Origin: Escherichia coli
GTDB taxonomy: Bacteria > Pseudomonadota > Gammaproteobacteria > Enterobacterales > Enterobacteriaceae
Length of the DNA stretch: 64,000 bases
NCBI RefSeq assembly: GCF_002854065.1
Contig: NZ_CP024152.1
Reading direction: 5' to 3' (one strand)
The notes under the pieces are model-generated. The model was not told the origin of the DNA, ran no database searches, and saw only the letters and a program-made list of their open reading frames with translations. The position numbers and the translations under genes were made by a program. This document shows, piece by piece, positions 1 through 10,800 of the stretch; position 1 is the stretch's first letter, and the number at the start of each line of letters is the position of its first letter.

Positions 1-4
1 TACG

Positions 5-23
5 CCAGGTACCGGATTGGCAC
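5..23 (-). repeat. Shufflon sfx-type 19-bp recombination repeat, last repeat before rci
   Basis: Reverse complement of 5-23 reads GTGCCAATCCGGTACCTGG, matching the conserved GTGCCAATCCGG core of IncI1 shufflon repeats as I recall them; sits immediately upstream of rci. The rest of the shufflon is outside the window. Confidence 0.5.
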
Positions 24-73
24 GCTTGCAGAGAATGATTGTTGGCATTATTTTTTCCTCTTTTGAGGTTAGC

Positions 74-1228
74 ATGCCGTCTCCACGCATCCGTAAAATG
101 TCCCTGTCACGCGCACTGGATAAGTACCTGAAAACAGTTTCTGTTCACAAGAAAGGGCATCAACAGGAGTTTTACCGGAGCAATGTTATCAAGCGATATC
201 CCATTGCCCTTCGGAATATGGACGAAATAACAACCGTTGATATTGCTACATACAGAGACGTTCGTTTAGCAGAAATCAACCCCCGAACGGGTAAAGCCAT
301 TACAGGTAATACTGTACGTCTTGAACTCGCCCTTCTGTCATCTCTGTTCAATATTGCTCGTGTTGAATGGGGAACCTGTCGTACTAACCCGGTTGAACTG
401 GTTCGCAAGCCGAAAGTATCCTCCGGACGAGATCGTCGGCTAACGTCTTCAGAAGAACGTCGCCTTTCTCGCTATTTCCGCGAAAAAAATCTGATGTTGT
501 ATGTCATTTTCCATCTTGCCCTTGAAACAGCCATGCGGCAGGGCGAAATACTGGCCTTACGTTGGGAACACATTGATTTGCGCCACGGTGTGGCTCATTT
601 ACCTGAAACCAAAAACGGTCACTCACGGGATGTTCCTCTGTCCAGACGTGCCCGTAACTTTCTTCAGATGATGCCCGTTAATCTCCACGGCAATGTTTTT
701 GATTACACCGCATCCGGCTTTAAAAATGCCTGGAGAATAGCCACACAACGACTTCGCATCGAGGACCTGCATTTTCACGATCTACGGCATGAAGCAATAA
801 GCCGCTTCTTCGAACTGGGTAGCCTGAATGTAATGGAGATTGCTGCAATATCAGGACATCGTTCCATGAATATGCTGAAACGGTATACTCATCTTCGTGC
901 ATGGCAACTGGTCAGTAAGCTTGATGCCCGCCGGCGGCAGACACAAAAAGTGGCAGCATGGTTTGTGCCGTATCCTGCCCATATCACGACCATCGATGAA
1001 GAAAATGGGCAGAAAGCGCATCGTATTGAGATCGGTGATTTTGATAACCTTCACGTCACTGCCACAACGAAAGAGGAAGCAGTTCACCGCGCCAGTGAGG
1101 TTTTGTTGCGTACACTGGCCATTGCAGCACAGAAAGGCGAACGTGTCCCATCTCCCGGAGCGTTACCTGTTAACGACCCTGACTACATTATGATTTGCCC
1201 TCTGAACCCGGGCAGCACCCCGCTGTAA
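74..1228 (+). CDS. rci: Shufflon-specific tyrosine recombinase Rci (384 aa)
   Basis: ORF 17-1228; ATG at 74 preceded by GAGG. Tyrosine recombinase motifs ([16 protein letters not shown]) plus a ~110-aa C-terminal extension; position next to the sfx repeat. Confidence 0.8.
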   Translation: MPSPRIRKMSLSRALDKYLKTVSVHKKGHQQEFYRSNVIKRYPIALRNMDEITTVDIATYRDVRLAEINPRTGKAITGNTVRLELALLSSLFNIARVEWGTCRTNPVELVRKPKVSSGRDRRLTSSEERRLSRYFREKNLMLYVIFHLALETAMRQGEILALRWEHIDLRHGVAHLPETKNGHSRDVPLSRRARNFLQMMPVNLHGNVFDYTASGFKNAWRIATQRLRIEDLHFHDLRHEAISRFFELGSLNVMEIAAISGHRSMNMLKRYTHLRAWQLVSKLDARRRQTQKVAAWFVPYPAHITTIDEENGQKAHRIEIGDFDNLHVTATTKEEAVHRASEVLLRTLAIAAQKGERVPSPGALPVNDPDYIMICPLNPGSTPL

Positions 1229-1378
1229 ACATCATTCAAAACACATACAGAAAGGCGAGTTGCAACAACTCGCCAAACACATTCGATCTGCATGATCGAA
1301 ATTATTCGTTTCACCAGAAAAAACACCGAAGATACAATAACCACATGAGCTGAAAAGACTTTTTCAGTCGGAGGAACA

Positions 1379-2203
1379 ATGAGACTGAATACGACCGGTA
1401 TTGCGGCCCGAATGATGCTCTCGCTGGACAAAAAAGCAATCGGCGAAAAACTCATCAACGGTCGTCAGATAAACCCGACACCTCTGCAGGTCCGTTACCC
1501 ACAAGGGGTAAGAGAAGTTCTGGGGATAATGAGCGAACAATTAGCCATATCCACCGCTGATTTAACCCGAATCCTGCTTGAGGATGCTCTTCATAATATG
1601 TTTATGCCTGCGGATAACACCACAGGAAACATAATAAGCAGAATTGAATACATCATGCTGTCGCATGATATAAATGCGCCATTACTGGCAACATTGCTGT
1701 CGCCATGGAATATCCGCTCCACGGTTATACAGGACCCGGCCAGACTTGCAGACTATCTTTCAGCTGACGCTCTCGAACATCTTGCTGAATGTTTTAATCT
1801 CAATCCGGACTGGCTGAATGGCCATGAAAACTATCCGATAGCGTTGTCCGGTGAATGGCCAGATACTGCTGATAATTTCAGAATGCTTATTAATAATAGC
1901 AGCAACACTGAAGTTATTTTCTGGCATAGTTTCCCCTTCGCAGGAAACACGAAAAGAGAATATTGCGGGGTAATATTGAGACAGGAAAAAGAAATAAATG
2001 GCTCTGTAATATATCCGGCACTATCATTATCACCAACACTTCTGAACGATGAAAAAAGAAAATGGTTAACTGAATATACAACCAGGCAGAATACAACAAT
2101 GTCTTTGCGACGCGTCACGTTGAGACCTGGCCTTGCCGAGAACCTTATTACAGGGCAAATACTACCTGTTAGCTTATTTAATACGTCTTTATTACCCTGG
2201 TAA
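1379..2203 (+). CDS. traE: TraE-like protein (274 aa), first gene of the traE-traK block
   Basis: ORF with GGAGG RBS; size and position match R64 traE; contains an LxxLxExFxxNPDWLxxxENxP motif shared with ORF 28438-29424. Confidence 0.6.
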   Translation: MRLNTTGIAARMMLSLDKKAIGEKLINGRQINPTPLQVRYPQGVREVLGIMSEQLAISTADLTRILLEDALHNMFMPADNTTGNIISRIEYIMLSHDINAPLLATLLSPWNIRSTVIQDPARLADYLSADALEHLAECFNLNPDWLNGHENYPIALSGEWPDTADNFRMLINNSSNTEVIFWHSFPFAGNTKREYCGVILRQEKEINGSVIYPALSLSPTLLNDEKRKWLTEYTTRQNTTMSLRRVTLRPGLAENLITGQILPVSLFNTSLLPW

Positions 2204-2288
2204 ATACCAGATAGTACCAAAGTAAAAAATTACGGCACATCCGTGTCATAGCGTTGTTTTGTCTAAATTCTGATAAACAGGAAATTAA

Positions 2289-3491
2289 ATGATGAAGAAA
2301 AATCATATTACCCGCACCATCATTGCATCTGCTGTATTATTTTCCTTTAACGCTGCAGCAGCGACGTCATATTTTGAAGCGCGTAACGATGCAATGGGTG
2401 GCACCGGGGTAGCATCTTCCCATTATGGTGTGGCACCTCTGGCAAACCCGGCTTTACTGACAAAGCACAACAGCAATGATGATTTCAGCCTTCTTCTGCC
2501 GTCTGTTGGGGCACAAGTTGCTGATCCTAATGATGTATCAAATAAAGCTGATGATGTTAAAGATGACTGGGATTTGTTTGACAGTGCTGTAGATAACCAG
2601 CATGGCGTACAACAGGCAGCGGCAAATCTTAAACATCGTCTGCAGGAATTCCGCAATATCAATGCAGATGCTCAGGTAGGTGTATCAGCTGTAGCAGCCA
2701 TGGCAAATGACACTCTGCCGTTTGCCCTTATGGTCAAGTCTTACGGAACTGTCAGCGTAAACGGAAAAGTAAACGATGCAGACCTGGATTATCTGGACAA
2801 AGTTGCCAATGGAACAATTACCGACGTCGATAAGAATGCCCTGACCTCACGCGCATTCGGGCGTGCAGCTGTAATTACCGACGTCGGAATTTCATTTGCC
2901 AAAGAACTGGAAACGGCCGGACAAAAATGGTCTCTTGGCGTCACACCAAAATATCAGCGTGTGGACCTGTTTAACTACAACGTAACGGTTCGTGATTACG
3001 ACAAAGACGATTTTGACGGTGACAAGTACCACAACACGAAAAACGGATTCAACGCCGATATTGGTGCTTATACAGACCTGAATGACAACTGGACTGTCGG
3101 TCTTGTTGCCCAGAACATCATTCCACGCAGTATTGATACTAAAGTCGTCAATGGCTTTAAAGAAACCTTCAAAGTTCGTCCACAGGCAACCGCCGGTGTA
3201 TCCTGGCATAATGACCTGTTTACCACTGCTCTTGACGTTGATCTGACTCCTGCCAGTGGCTTCACTTCTGACAGCAAACGTCAGTTTGCAAGTGTTGGTG
3301 CTGAATTTAACGCATGGAAATGGGCGCAATTGCGTGCCGGTTATCGTCAGAACATGGCATCAAACTCCGGAAGCGCCTTCACCGCTGGCGTTGGTATCTC
3401 TCCATTTGACGTCGTACATATCGATGTTTCCGGCCTGGTAGGAACTGACCACGATTACGGTGCAATGGCACAACTTCAGTTCACTTTCTGA
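2289..3491 (+). CDS. traF: TraF-like outer-membrane protein (400 aa)
   Basis: N-terminal signal peptide (AAAATSYF cleavage region) and a C-terminal ...QLQFTF ending in Phe, typical of beta-barrel outer-membrane proteins. Confidence 0.6.
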   Translation: MMKKNHITRTIIASAVLFSFNAAAATSYFEARNDAMGGTGVASSHYGVAPLANPALLTKHNSNDDFSLLLPSVGAQVADPNDVSNKADDVKDDWDLFDSAVDNQHGVQQAAANLKHRLQEFRNINADAQVGVSAVAAMANDTLPFALMVKSYGTVSVNGKVNDADLDYLDKVANGTITDVDKNALTSRAFGRAAVITDVGISFAKELETAGQKWSLGVTPKYQRVDLFNYNVTVRDYDKDDFDGDKYHNTKNGFNADIGAYTDLNDNWTVGLVAQNIIPRSIDTKVVNGFKETFKVRPQATAGVSWHNDLFTTALDVDLTPASGFTSDSKRQFASVGAEFNAWKWAQLRAGYRQNMASNSGSAFTAGVGISPFDVVHIDVSGLVGTDHDYGAMAQLQFTF

Positions 3492-3550
3492 TTACTGTCC
3501 CCGCCCCCGGCACTAAACCCGGGGGTATTTTTATATTCATTTTAAATAAC

Positions 3551-4135
3551 ATGATGAAACCACGTTCTTCTTATTCAAAGACAGCATTCATTCTTTTATT
3601 TTCTGTTTTCCTGGTAGCTGCAGTGACAAAAGCAAAAAGCTCGCTTCCCGATATCACCCTAGAACAGGCAAAAGAAATTAATGCTGATAACACCGTTATT
3701 TTCCTTTTCCGCCATGGAGAACGTTGCGACCGTTCAGATATGCCATGCTATTCGGATAAAAGCGGAATCACTATTACCGGTACAGAGAAAGCACAGCAGG
3801 AAGGTATTAAGTTCGCAACAATCTTCAGTGAATATGATATTTACTCCAGCAATGCGGTAAGAACCATACAAACTGCAAAATTCTTCTCCGGTAAAGACCC
3901 CGTCGTTATGGACAGTTTATCAGACTGCAATAATGATCTTTATAAGACGCTTGAATCAATCGCAAGAGAATCTCATAAAAGGAACATAGTAATAATGACA
4001 CATAATCATTGTTTATCATTTCTGGCCAGAGATAGGCTCGGCAAGAAATTCAAACCGGCGTACCTTGATGCCCTGATCATGCATTACGATGGTACCCGGC
4101 TCATACTTGACGGAAAATACAACAAAGAGGCATAG
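3551..4135 (+). CDS. traG: TraG-like exported protein with histidine-phosphatase-type motifs (194 aa)
   Basis: Signal/TM segment, then FRHGER and later MTHNHC motifs resembling the RHG catalytic core of the histidine phosphatase fold. Confidence 0.55.
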   Translation: MMKPRSSYSKTAFILLFSVFLVAAVTKAKSSLPDITLEQAKEINADNTVIFLFRHGERCDRSDMPCYSDKSGITITGTEKAQQEGIKFATIFSEYDIYSSNAVRTIQTAKFFSGKDPVVMDSLSDCNNDLYKTLESIARESHKRNIVIMTHNHCLSFLARDRLGKKFKPAYLDALIMHYDGTRLILDGKYNKEA

Positions 4136-4529
4136 AGGATATTTGAATTTACATAAATTCTGATATACTCAGTAAGATACAAGAGTGTACGGGCACATGT
4201 GCCTGTCTGAATTGCAGGTCATCCGGACGAGGGCCGGGAACTGTTTCAGGGACAAGCGCCGGTACGTTCGATTCATAAATCGTCGAGTCATCCATCATGG
4301 ATCGATTCGGCGCGGAGCGTTAAAGATTACGCTCATATTCGTTTTATGTCTGACGACACATCAACCAGCCAGTATCAGGAATAATCACCTTCAGTAAACT
4401 ATGAGGCTATTTACCTGGCCACACTGGCATTTATTTCCGGTAACGCAAGTATAGCCGGAAACAAACATCATCCTGTCTGTACCGGAGCACCGGTATATCC
4501 CATTCTGATTTAACTGCTCAGGAATTATT

Positions 4530-4988
4530 ATGAACCGTATTATACCTGCGGGGTGTCTTGCCGCCCTTTTTCTGGCTGGCTGCAACTCCCCTTCTCAGCA
4601 TACTCCTGTTCCGCGTAACTACGGTGCTGCCTCTGATGTGGCGGTTACCCGGCACACTCAGTACACATTATGGGACAAAGGTGTGTTTTCCGGCCAACTT
4701 CCGGTTTCAACGGGGTCTCATCTTCTGACAGCTAACAGCGATCGCCTTTCCTTTGACTGGGAAGGTGATGCAATTGAATTACTGAACGAACTGGCCAGAG
4801 TCAGGGGGATGCAGTTTAACTACAATGGTGTCCGCCTGCCGTTACCAGTCAACCTTCACGTCCGGGATATGACGTTTTCCAATACGTTGAGACTTATTGA
4901 AGCCCAGACAGCCTGGAGAGCAACAATCCATCAATATCCGGGCTTGTTACAGGTCAGCTTCATGCAGCCGGAGAACCGGAAAAAATGA
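4530..4988 (+). CDS. traH: TraH lipoprotein (DotD-like), 152 aa
   Basis: Lipobox LAGC after a hydrophobic N-terminus; RBS present; gene order matches R64. Confidence 0.65.
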   Translation: MNRIIPAGCLAALFLAGCNSPSQHTPVPRNYGAASDVAVTRHTQYTLWDKGVFSGQLPVSTGSHLLTANSDRLSFDWEGDAIELLNELARVRGMQFNYNGVRLPLPVNLHVRDMTFSNTLRLIEAQTAWRATIHQYPGLLQVSFMQPENRKK

Positions 4989-5803
4989 AAGCACTCACCT
5001 CTCTCATTTTGCCAGTAATACTGCTTACTGGTTGTTCTTCTTCCCCTACCATCTCGCCAGGTGGTGTCAATACGCCACCACCTGACATTAATGCATGGCT
5101 TAAACCACGAAGTGAAAAGCCGGATAGTCTGTCAGAAACACGCTGGAAAATGCTGACCGACGCAGGTAAAACGCTTGGATTTCGTGGTGGCAAGGCTCAG
5201 CGTTCATGGGAGCTGATTCAGGCACTCAACTCCCGGGAAAGCACACTTAATGCCTTATACGATTTCCGGCCACTGATTAGCCCGGAAGGCTGGCTACCAC
5301 CGGTTATTGATGAAGCACAGGACGTAGCTCATATCACGCCAGATCAAATCCGGACCTCTTCCCGGGTCTGGACCATCATTCGCCCTGAACGCTTTGTCAG
5401 CAATCCACCGGGCTGGCGTGACTGGCTTCTCCGGGGGCTTTCAACAACAGCCACTCCGGGTACAGAAGGCAGCGTCGTTCCAGAAGACAGCGTGCAACGA
5501 AAAGTGTGGGAAACCGCATTACGGCAGGGATGGCAGGAAGGAAGACAAAACGCCGACCTGACGCTTGAAGCCAACCAGAAAACCCTCACCCGTGATTACC
5601 GGGGCATGATGCTGTACTCACTTCTCTGGCGTCAGGGCATGATCACCCGTCCGGATGTTTCTGATCAAATGCAAACCGTTACAGGTGACGGGAAAAAACT
5701 GGTCACTGGAGATCGTGTTCGTCGCCTTAAAAATCATGCGGAATTCAATCTTCAGAAATCTCACTGGCGTCCGCTTATAGGCACTGAAGGAGGCTCCCGA
5801 TGA
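4985..5803 (+). CDS. traI: TraI lipoprotein (DotC-like), 272 aa
   Basis: Lipobox LTGC; start overlaps the traH stop (translational coupling). Confidence 0.65.
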   Translation: MKALTSLILPVILLTGCSSSPTISPGGVNTPPPDINAWLKPRSEKPDSLSETRWKMLTDAGKTLGFRGGKAQRSWELIQALNSRESTLNALYDFRPLISPEGWLPPVIDEAQDVAHITPDQIRTSSRVWTIIRPERFVSNPPGWRDWLLRGLSTTATPGTEGSVVPEDSVQRKVWETALRQGWQEGRQNADLTLEANQKTLTRDYRGMMLYSLLWRQGMITRPDVSDQMQTVTGDGKKLVTGDRVRRLKNHAEFNLQKSHWRPLIGTEGGSR

Positions 5804-6948
5804 ATATTCCTGATGAGTTTGGTCTTTTTCCGTTTCAGCGTTTCACTGCAGATGAATTACGGCATTTCTTTGTCTGGTGTGCCGCACATAAAGTCAGTGA
5901 TGTGGATCTGACCGGTGGGTCACCTGTATCTGTCAGTCGCTTTGGCCGACGGGTGCGTTGTTCCAGTGCAACGTTACCAACCACACTCATGTCCTCCCTG
6001 ATTGATGAACTGTTCGGTCGGGAAGTCGTTCCCCGCGTTCTGGCAGGCAATCCGGTTGACAGGACGATACAGATTAACGGGGATGCATCCGGTCGCTATG
6101 GTCTTAAACGCGGAGAACGCATCCGGTTACGCTCCCACCTCATTCAGGGCACATCTGGTGCAGAGGAGAAAGCAGTCTCAATAACCATGCGTGTCATCCC
6201 GACAGAAATACCGGACATTCTCTCCATGAACATTGAACCAGACCTGCTTGAAGCAATGGTCTGCAAAAGCGGTCTGGGATTTGTATGTGGTGAAACCGGG
6301 TCAGGAAAATCAACGCTGTGTTCAGCACTGTACCGTTACATTATGGACAATTTCCCCGACGCCAAAATCGTGACATATGAAGACCCGGTGGAATATATCC
6401 TGGGAAATGAAAACGATCTGCTCCCACCGCATCAGGCAGAAATCGGGCGTGATGTGGTCAGTTTTGCTGCCGGACTGCGTTCTGCTGTACGACGTAATCC
6501 CGAAATTATCGGTGTTGGTGAGATCAGGGATAACGAAACCGCCGACGCAGCGGTACAGGCAGGCAACACCGGGCATTACTGCCTGAGCACCATGCATACG
6601 AAATCTCCTGGTGAAACGCTGGCACGTCTTCTTGGGCTGTTTCCCCCTGTCATCAGGGATTCGATGGCCTGGGCTGTCCTGTCACTGTTGCAGTTCATTC
6701 TGGTTCAGGTTCTGGTCAGAACAAATGACGGTGGTCGTAAAGCCGTCCGGGAATATATCGTCATTAACGATGAGCTTCGCGACAATCTTTCCGGAATGCC
6801 GCATGCAGAGTGGGGGCATCACATTGATGCCATAATCCGGCAGGAGAAGCGCCGTATCCGGGACCAGATTCTGGAAATGTATATCCGGAATGAAGTTGAC
6901 CGAAGAGAAGCGATTCTTTTTATCCCGCCAGGGGAGTTACGGTCATGA
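5800..6948 (+). CDS. traJ: TraJ secretion ATPase (DotB/PilT-like), 382 aa
   Basis: Walker A GETGSGKST and Asp/His boxes typical of PilT/VirB11-family ATPases. Confidence 0.8.
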   Translation: MNIPDEFGLFPFQRFTADELRHFFVWCAAHKVSDVDLTGGSPVSVSRFGRRVRCSSATLPTTLMSSLIDELFGREVVPRVLAGNPVDRTIQINGDASGRYGLKRGERIRLRSHLIQGTSGAEEKAVSITMRVIPTEIPDILSMNIEPDLLEAMVCKSGLGFVCGETGSGKSTLCSALYRYIMDNFPDAKIVTYEDPVEYILGNENDLLPPHQAEIGRDVVSFAAGLRSAVRRNPEIIGVGEIRDNETADAAVQAGNTGHYCLSTMHTKSPGETLARLLGLFPPVIRDSMAWAVLSLLQFILVQVLVRTNDGGRKAVREYIVINDELRDNLSGMPHAEWGHHIDAIIRQEKRRIRDQILEMYIRNEVDRREAILFIPPGELRS

Positions 6949-7235
6949 AAAGAGAAGGTTTCTGGCGATATGCAACACCGCCAGTCAACATCCAGGGCGT
7001 ACCTCTGCCGTTCACCATGATTTATCTGTTTATATGCCCCTTTCCCTCCAAAACAACCTTCTGGATTTGCACCGGCATCATTTTATTTTTCGTCATTCTC
7101 GACCGTTCAGGCTGGACTGTCAGGACGATCTGTACTCGCATTTTCAGCATTCTGAGAGGGGCCATCGCCTCCGGTCGTCCATGGTGGTATCGCCACCATA
7201 CGGAATCACCACGAGACTGGACTGGCCTCGATTAA
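6945..7235 (+). CDS. traK: TraK small inner-membrane protein (IcmT-like), 96 aa
   Basis: Small hydrophobic ORF translationally coupled to traJ; position matches R64 traK. Confidence 0.6.
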   Translation: MKREGFWRYATPPVNIQGVPLPFTMIYLFICPFPSKTTFWICTGIILFFVILDRSGWTVRTICTRIFSILRGAIASGRPWWYRHHTESPRDWTGLD

Positions 7236-7249
7236 ATTCTGGAGTCTTT

Positions 7250-7801
7250 ATGTCAGGTAAAAAAACTATCGTTACTCTGCTCCGGGTATCGCTACTGGCA
7301 TGCCCGTTACTGTTCACGACACCATCGTTTGCAATGATCGACACGCCATCCGTGAAGGTCGGCTTTTCTCCTGAAGGAAGCGCATCCGCTCTGGTGCTTG
7401 ACACAATCAACAGTGCGGAAAGCTCCATCAGGATGATGGCATATTCCTTCACCGACCCGGATGTAATGCATGCGCTGGCAAAAGCGAAAAAACGCGGAGT
7501 GGACGTCCGTATTGTTGTTGATGACAAGGGGAATACGAACCGGGCAAGTCAGGAAGCGATGAAATATATCAACCTGCTGGACATTCCTCTCCGGACTGTA
7601 GATGCCTTCCCCATCCATCACGACAAAGTCATCATTGTTGACGGAAACACGGTTGAAACTGGCTCCTATAACTTCTCTCGTGCTGCTGCACGCAAGAATT
7701 CAGAGAATGTCGTTGTGCTCAAGAATATGCCGGATGTAGCCGCACAATATCTTGAACACTGGCAGGATCGCTGGAATAAGGGTACAGACTGGAGACCCTG
7801 A
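7250..7801 (+). CDS. nuc: Nuc endonuclease, phospholipase D superfamily (183 aa)
   Basis: HxK(x)4D motif (HHDKVIIVDGNTVETGSYNFS), signal peptide, GGAG RBS before the ATG at 7250. Confidence 0.85.
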   Translation: MSGKKTIVTLLRVSLLACPLLFTTPSFAMIDTPSVKVGFSPEGSASALVLDTINSAESSIRMMAYSFTDPDVMHALAKAKKRGVDVRIVVDDKGNTNRASQEAMKYINLLDIPLRTVDAFPIHHDKVIIVDGNTVETGSYNFSRAAARKNSENVVVLKNMPDVAAQYLEHWQDRWNKGTDWRP

Positions 7802-7835
7802 CAAACATTTCTCCCCCGATTTTCTATCCCCCCAG

Positions 7836-7866
7836 CCACCCCCGGCTTTCGGCGGTGGTTTTTTTC
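7836..7866 (+). terminator. Rho-independent terminator after nuc
   Basis: GC-rich hairpin (CCACCCCCG...GGCGGTGG) followed by a T7-8 run. Confidence 0.55.
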
Positions 7867-7890
7867 CGTCTTTTTTCAGGAGAAGCACTC

Positions 7891-10800
7891 ATGCCGTCTG
7901 TATCCCGCTACCGCACCTGGCTTGCCGTGCCTGCAGATGAAATAGAAGATCTCAAAAAAGCACATCCCCCGATGAACGGGCACACGCCCGTCATCTGGGA
8001 CAAGGAGCACAAACTCTGGTTCGCCCGCCCGGGGGCGGACCTGTCCAGGCTGGACCGCTGGCTGCCCCGGCCACAGGACGTCTCCATGAACGGCAGTGAT
8101 CCGGTCACCGAGTTTGCCCAGGTTCTGGAGAATGCCGGACTGGTTCTGAAAGAACTGCCGGTCATGGACGGGAAAATCCACCGTGTCCCGACCGCCGATG
8201 ACAAAAAAGGACAAAAAAGTGGCGCATATCGCGGATTCCTGGACGGCAGACCTGCCGGCTGGTACAGGGATTATCGCAGCGCGGATAATTCGCCGATCAC
8301 CTGGACCTTCTCCGGCGGAGAACAGACAGATCCCCGCGCAAGACTCCACCTGAAAGCGCATTCAATGCAACGCAGGGAGGACGCGGAGCGGGAACTGAAA
8401 GCACAGTACAACCGACAGGCCGCGTATGCCCGCCGCTATATCAACAAATGGCCGCAGGCCACAGCACATGAATACCTGACCCGGAAAGGCATTCAGGCTG
8501 CACCGGGGGTGCGGGTAAACAACAAAAATGAACTGGTTATTCCCTTCAGTAACCGTAACGGCGCGATACGCTCTTACCAGCGTATTCCGGTCACCGGGGG
8601 GAAAGATGCCCGCATCCTGATAGATTCGGAGAAAACCGGTAACTGGTTTGCGCTGGGCACACCGCGCAACGGTCAGCCGGTACTGTTTGCCGAGGGCTAT
8701 GCCACTGCGGCCTCCCTGCACGAAGCCACGGGCCTTCCGGTACTGATGACGGTGGATGGAGGCAACATGATTGCCGTTGCCGAAAATGCCCGGCAAAAGT
8801 GGACGCAAAGCCCCTTTATCTTCTGTGCCGACAACGATCATGCAATCCGGGTTAACAAAGGTATCGTCAGTGCAACAAAAGCCGCAGAACTGACAGGAGG
8901 ATCGGTCATCTTTCCTGCGTTCACCGATGCCGAAAAAGCGCAGGGGCTGACCGATTTCAATGACCTGGACGCAAGCCGGGGACGGGCCGCTTTTCAGCAT
9001 GTCATCAACGCCCAGTTAGAACACATCGGGGTTTCCACCCCCAACAGTAACACCCCGGAAATGCGCGAGGCACTGGTGATAGGCAACCTCGTTTTTACAC
9101 CGGTCCACACTGAGGAAAAAACCATGACTCCGACAGAATATCCTGAAACATCACCCGATACAGGGCACAGCCATGACCAGGGACCTTCTCTGCCGTCCGC
9201 CACGCAGCAGGAACAACCAGCTGCTTCCAGCAGTAACATTGCTGATGAAACACAGTCATTTACCAGTCACGCCACTGAAAATAACGGCAAAGATGAGCGG
9301 CACGCTGATAACGTTCAGGCGCAAACGGAAAGCTCTGTAGTTCAGGACTCCCCTGCAGAATCACTGGCGTCCCCGGAAAGTACAACGGCGTCTGCCCCTG
9401 ATGAACCCGCTCATCCGGCGGAACCTCCGGAAAAAGTTGTCTCGGTGGCCACAGATAAAGACTGGCGTGAATTTGAAGCTGAACTGTCACAACCGGAAAA
9501 AAACGAGTCACAACAGGAATCCGGCACTTCACCTGAAATACCGGCCCCTGCTGCCACCACCGCATCCCCTGAAGACAGTCCCTCATCTGAAACCATGAAT
9601 GAATCAGCCGAGCCATCACCTTCCCCTGATGCAGTCAAAGAGGAAATGACCGCGATGACGGAGCCTGATGACAAACAAAGCACCGGAATATCCCCGGATA
9701 CTCCCCGGGAAGAGGCGGTCAACCATGTAACTGAAGACATTCCCCTTCAGCCAGAGCCGTTCCTTCCTGAGTCAGATGGTCCCGAAGAATACGAAAACTA
9801 CAGCGCATATCAGGAGCTGATGAACAATGAAAATCCTGAGCATCTGCAGGAAAACAGTGATATGCCGTCGCAACCGGACACAGGCCACGTTCAGGCTGAT
9901 GAGTCAGAACTTCAGGCCACAACAGATACAGTAGAACCGGCTGTCCGGGATGACCCCACTCCACAGCAACCTGTTCAGAGCACATCATCTTCTGATAATA
10001 CTTCATCGTTTCTCGACAAAGCGCGTGGCTTTTTTACGCGTAAAAAAACGGATTCACAGGCGCATGAGAACAGTGATCCCACACCCTCACCGGAAACCAC
10101 GACGACCACACCGGCACCTGACAGTATTGTCTACGCCCCGGAACGCCCTGATGCACCGATATCGCTCAATCTGGACGAAATCATTAAATCGCTGGAAGGT
10201 GAAGAACGAGCAGACAGAACCGTCCTGTACAAACTGGATGGCAAACCTGCCTTCATTGACCGGGTAAACCGGCTGGAAATGGTCAACGGTGCCAGCAATG
10301 ACGATCGCAGTGTTCTGGCTGCACTTGCTGTGGCCACTGATTTTTATGGTGGTGTCATTGAGCTGACGGGCAGTGATGCCTTTAAGCAAAAAGCGATGCA
10401 GTTGATCATCGAGCACAACATCAAAGTGCGCATGAAATTCCCGGATCAGCGAGCGGCGCTCGAAAAATTACGCAAGGAAATGGCTGTCGGTAAGGATACT
10501 GTTGTCACCCATAAGCCAACACCGGAACTTAACCGGAATACCCCTGAACAACCAGCAGTCCCAGACCCTGTTCAGGAAAAAGAAGCCACACAATCCCCGG
10601 CGTCCCCAGTAGCCCCTGAAGCATCAACCGTCAGCACCGTCCCTGCATCATCACCGGCTGAACCTGGCAAAACGGCAGATGCGGCACAAGGTGAAGAACC
10701 ACCAGGAAAACTTCGCCCGGGAGAGAGCGTGACTGCCGTACTGCACAATTTTGGTCGTGCTGAATATGCACCCGGCAAAGGAGAGAGTTTCTTTGTTGAG

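Noticed and set aside
17-1228. Rci as a phage or island integrase marking a mobile-element boundary
   Set aside because: It abuts a shufflon-type 19-bp repeat and the transfer genes; no attachment-site or tRNA context, so it is the shufflon recombinase.
4136-4529. Small ORFs 4185-4397 (+) and 4391-4585 (-) in the traG-traH gap
   Set aside because: No RBS, mutual overlap and basic low-complexity translations; the gap is more likely a promoter/regulatory region for traH onward.
6890-7249. Upstream extension of the nuc ORF (303-aa reading from 6890)
   Set aside because: The extension overlaps traJ/traK in another frame and lacks an RBS; the ATG at 7250 with GGAG RBS and signal peptide is the credible start.
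8362-9000. 212-aa minus-strand ORF (and other antisense ORFs 7876-8361, 9260-9619, 10087-10416) inside sog
   Set aside because: Fully embedded antisense to the well-supported sog reading frame, with no RBS or independent signal; treated as spurious.
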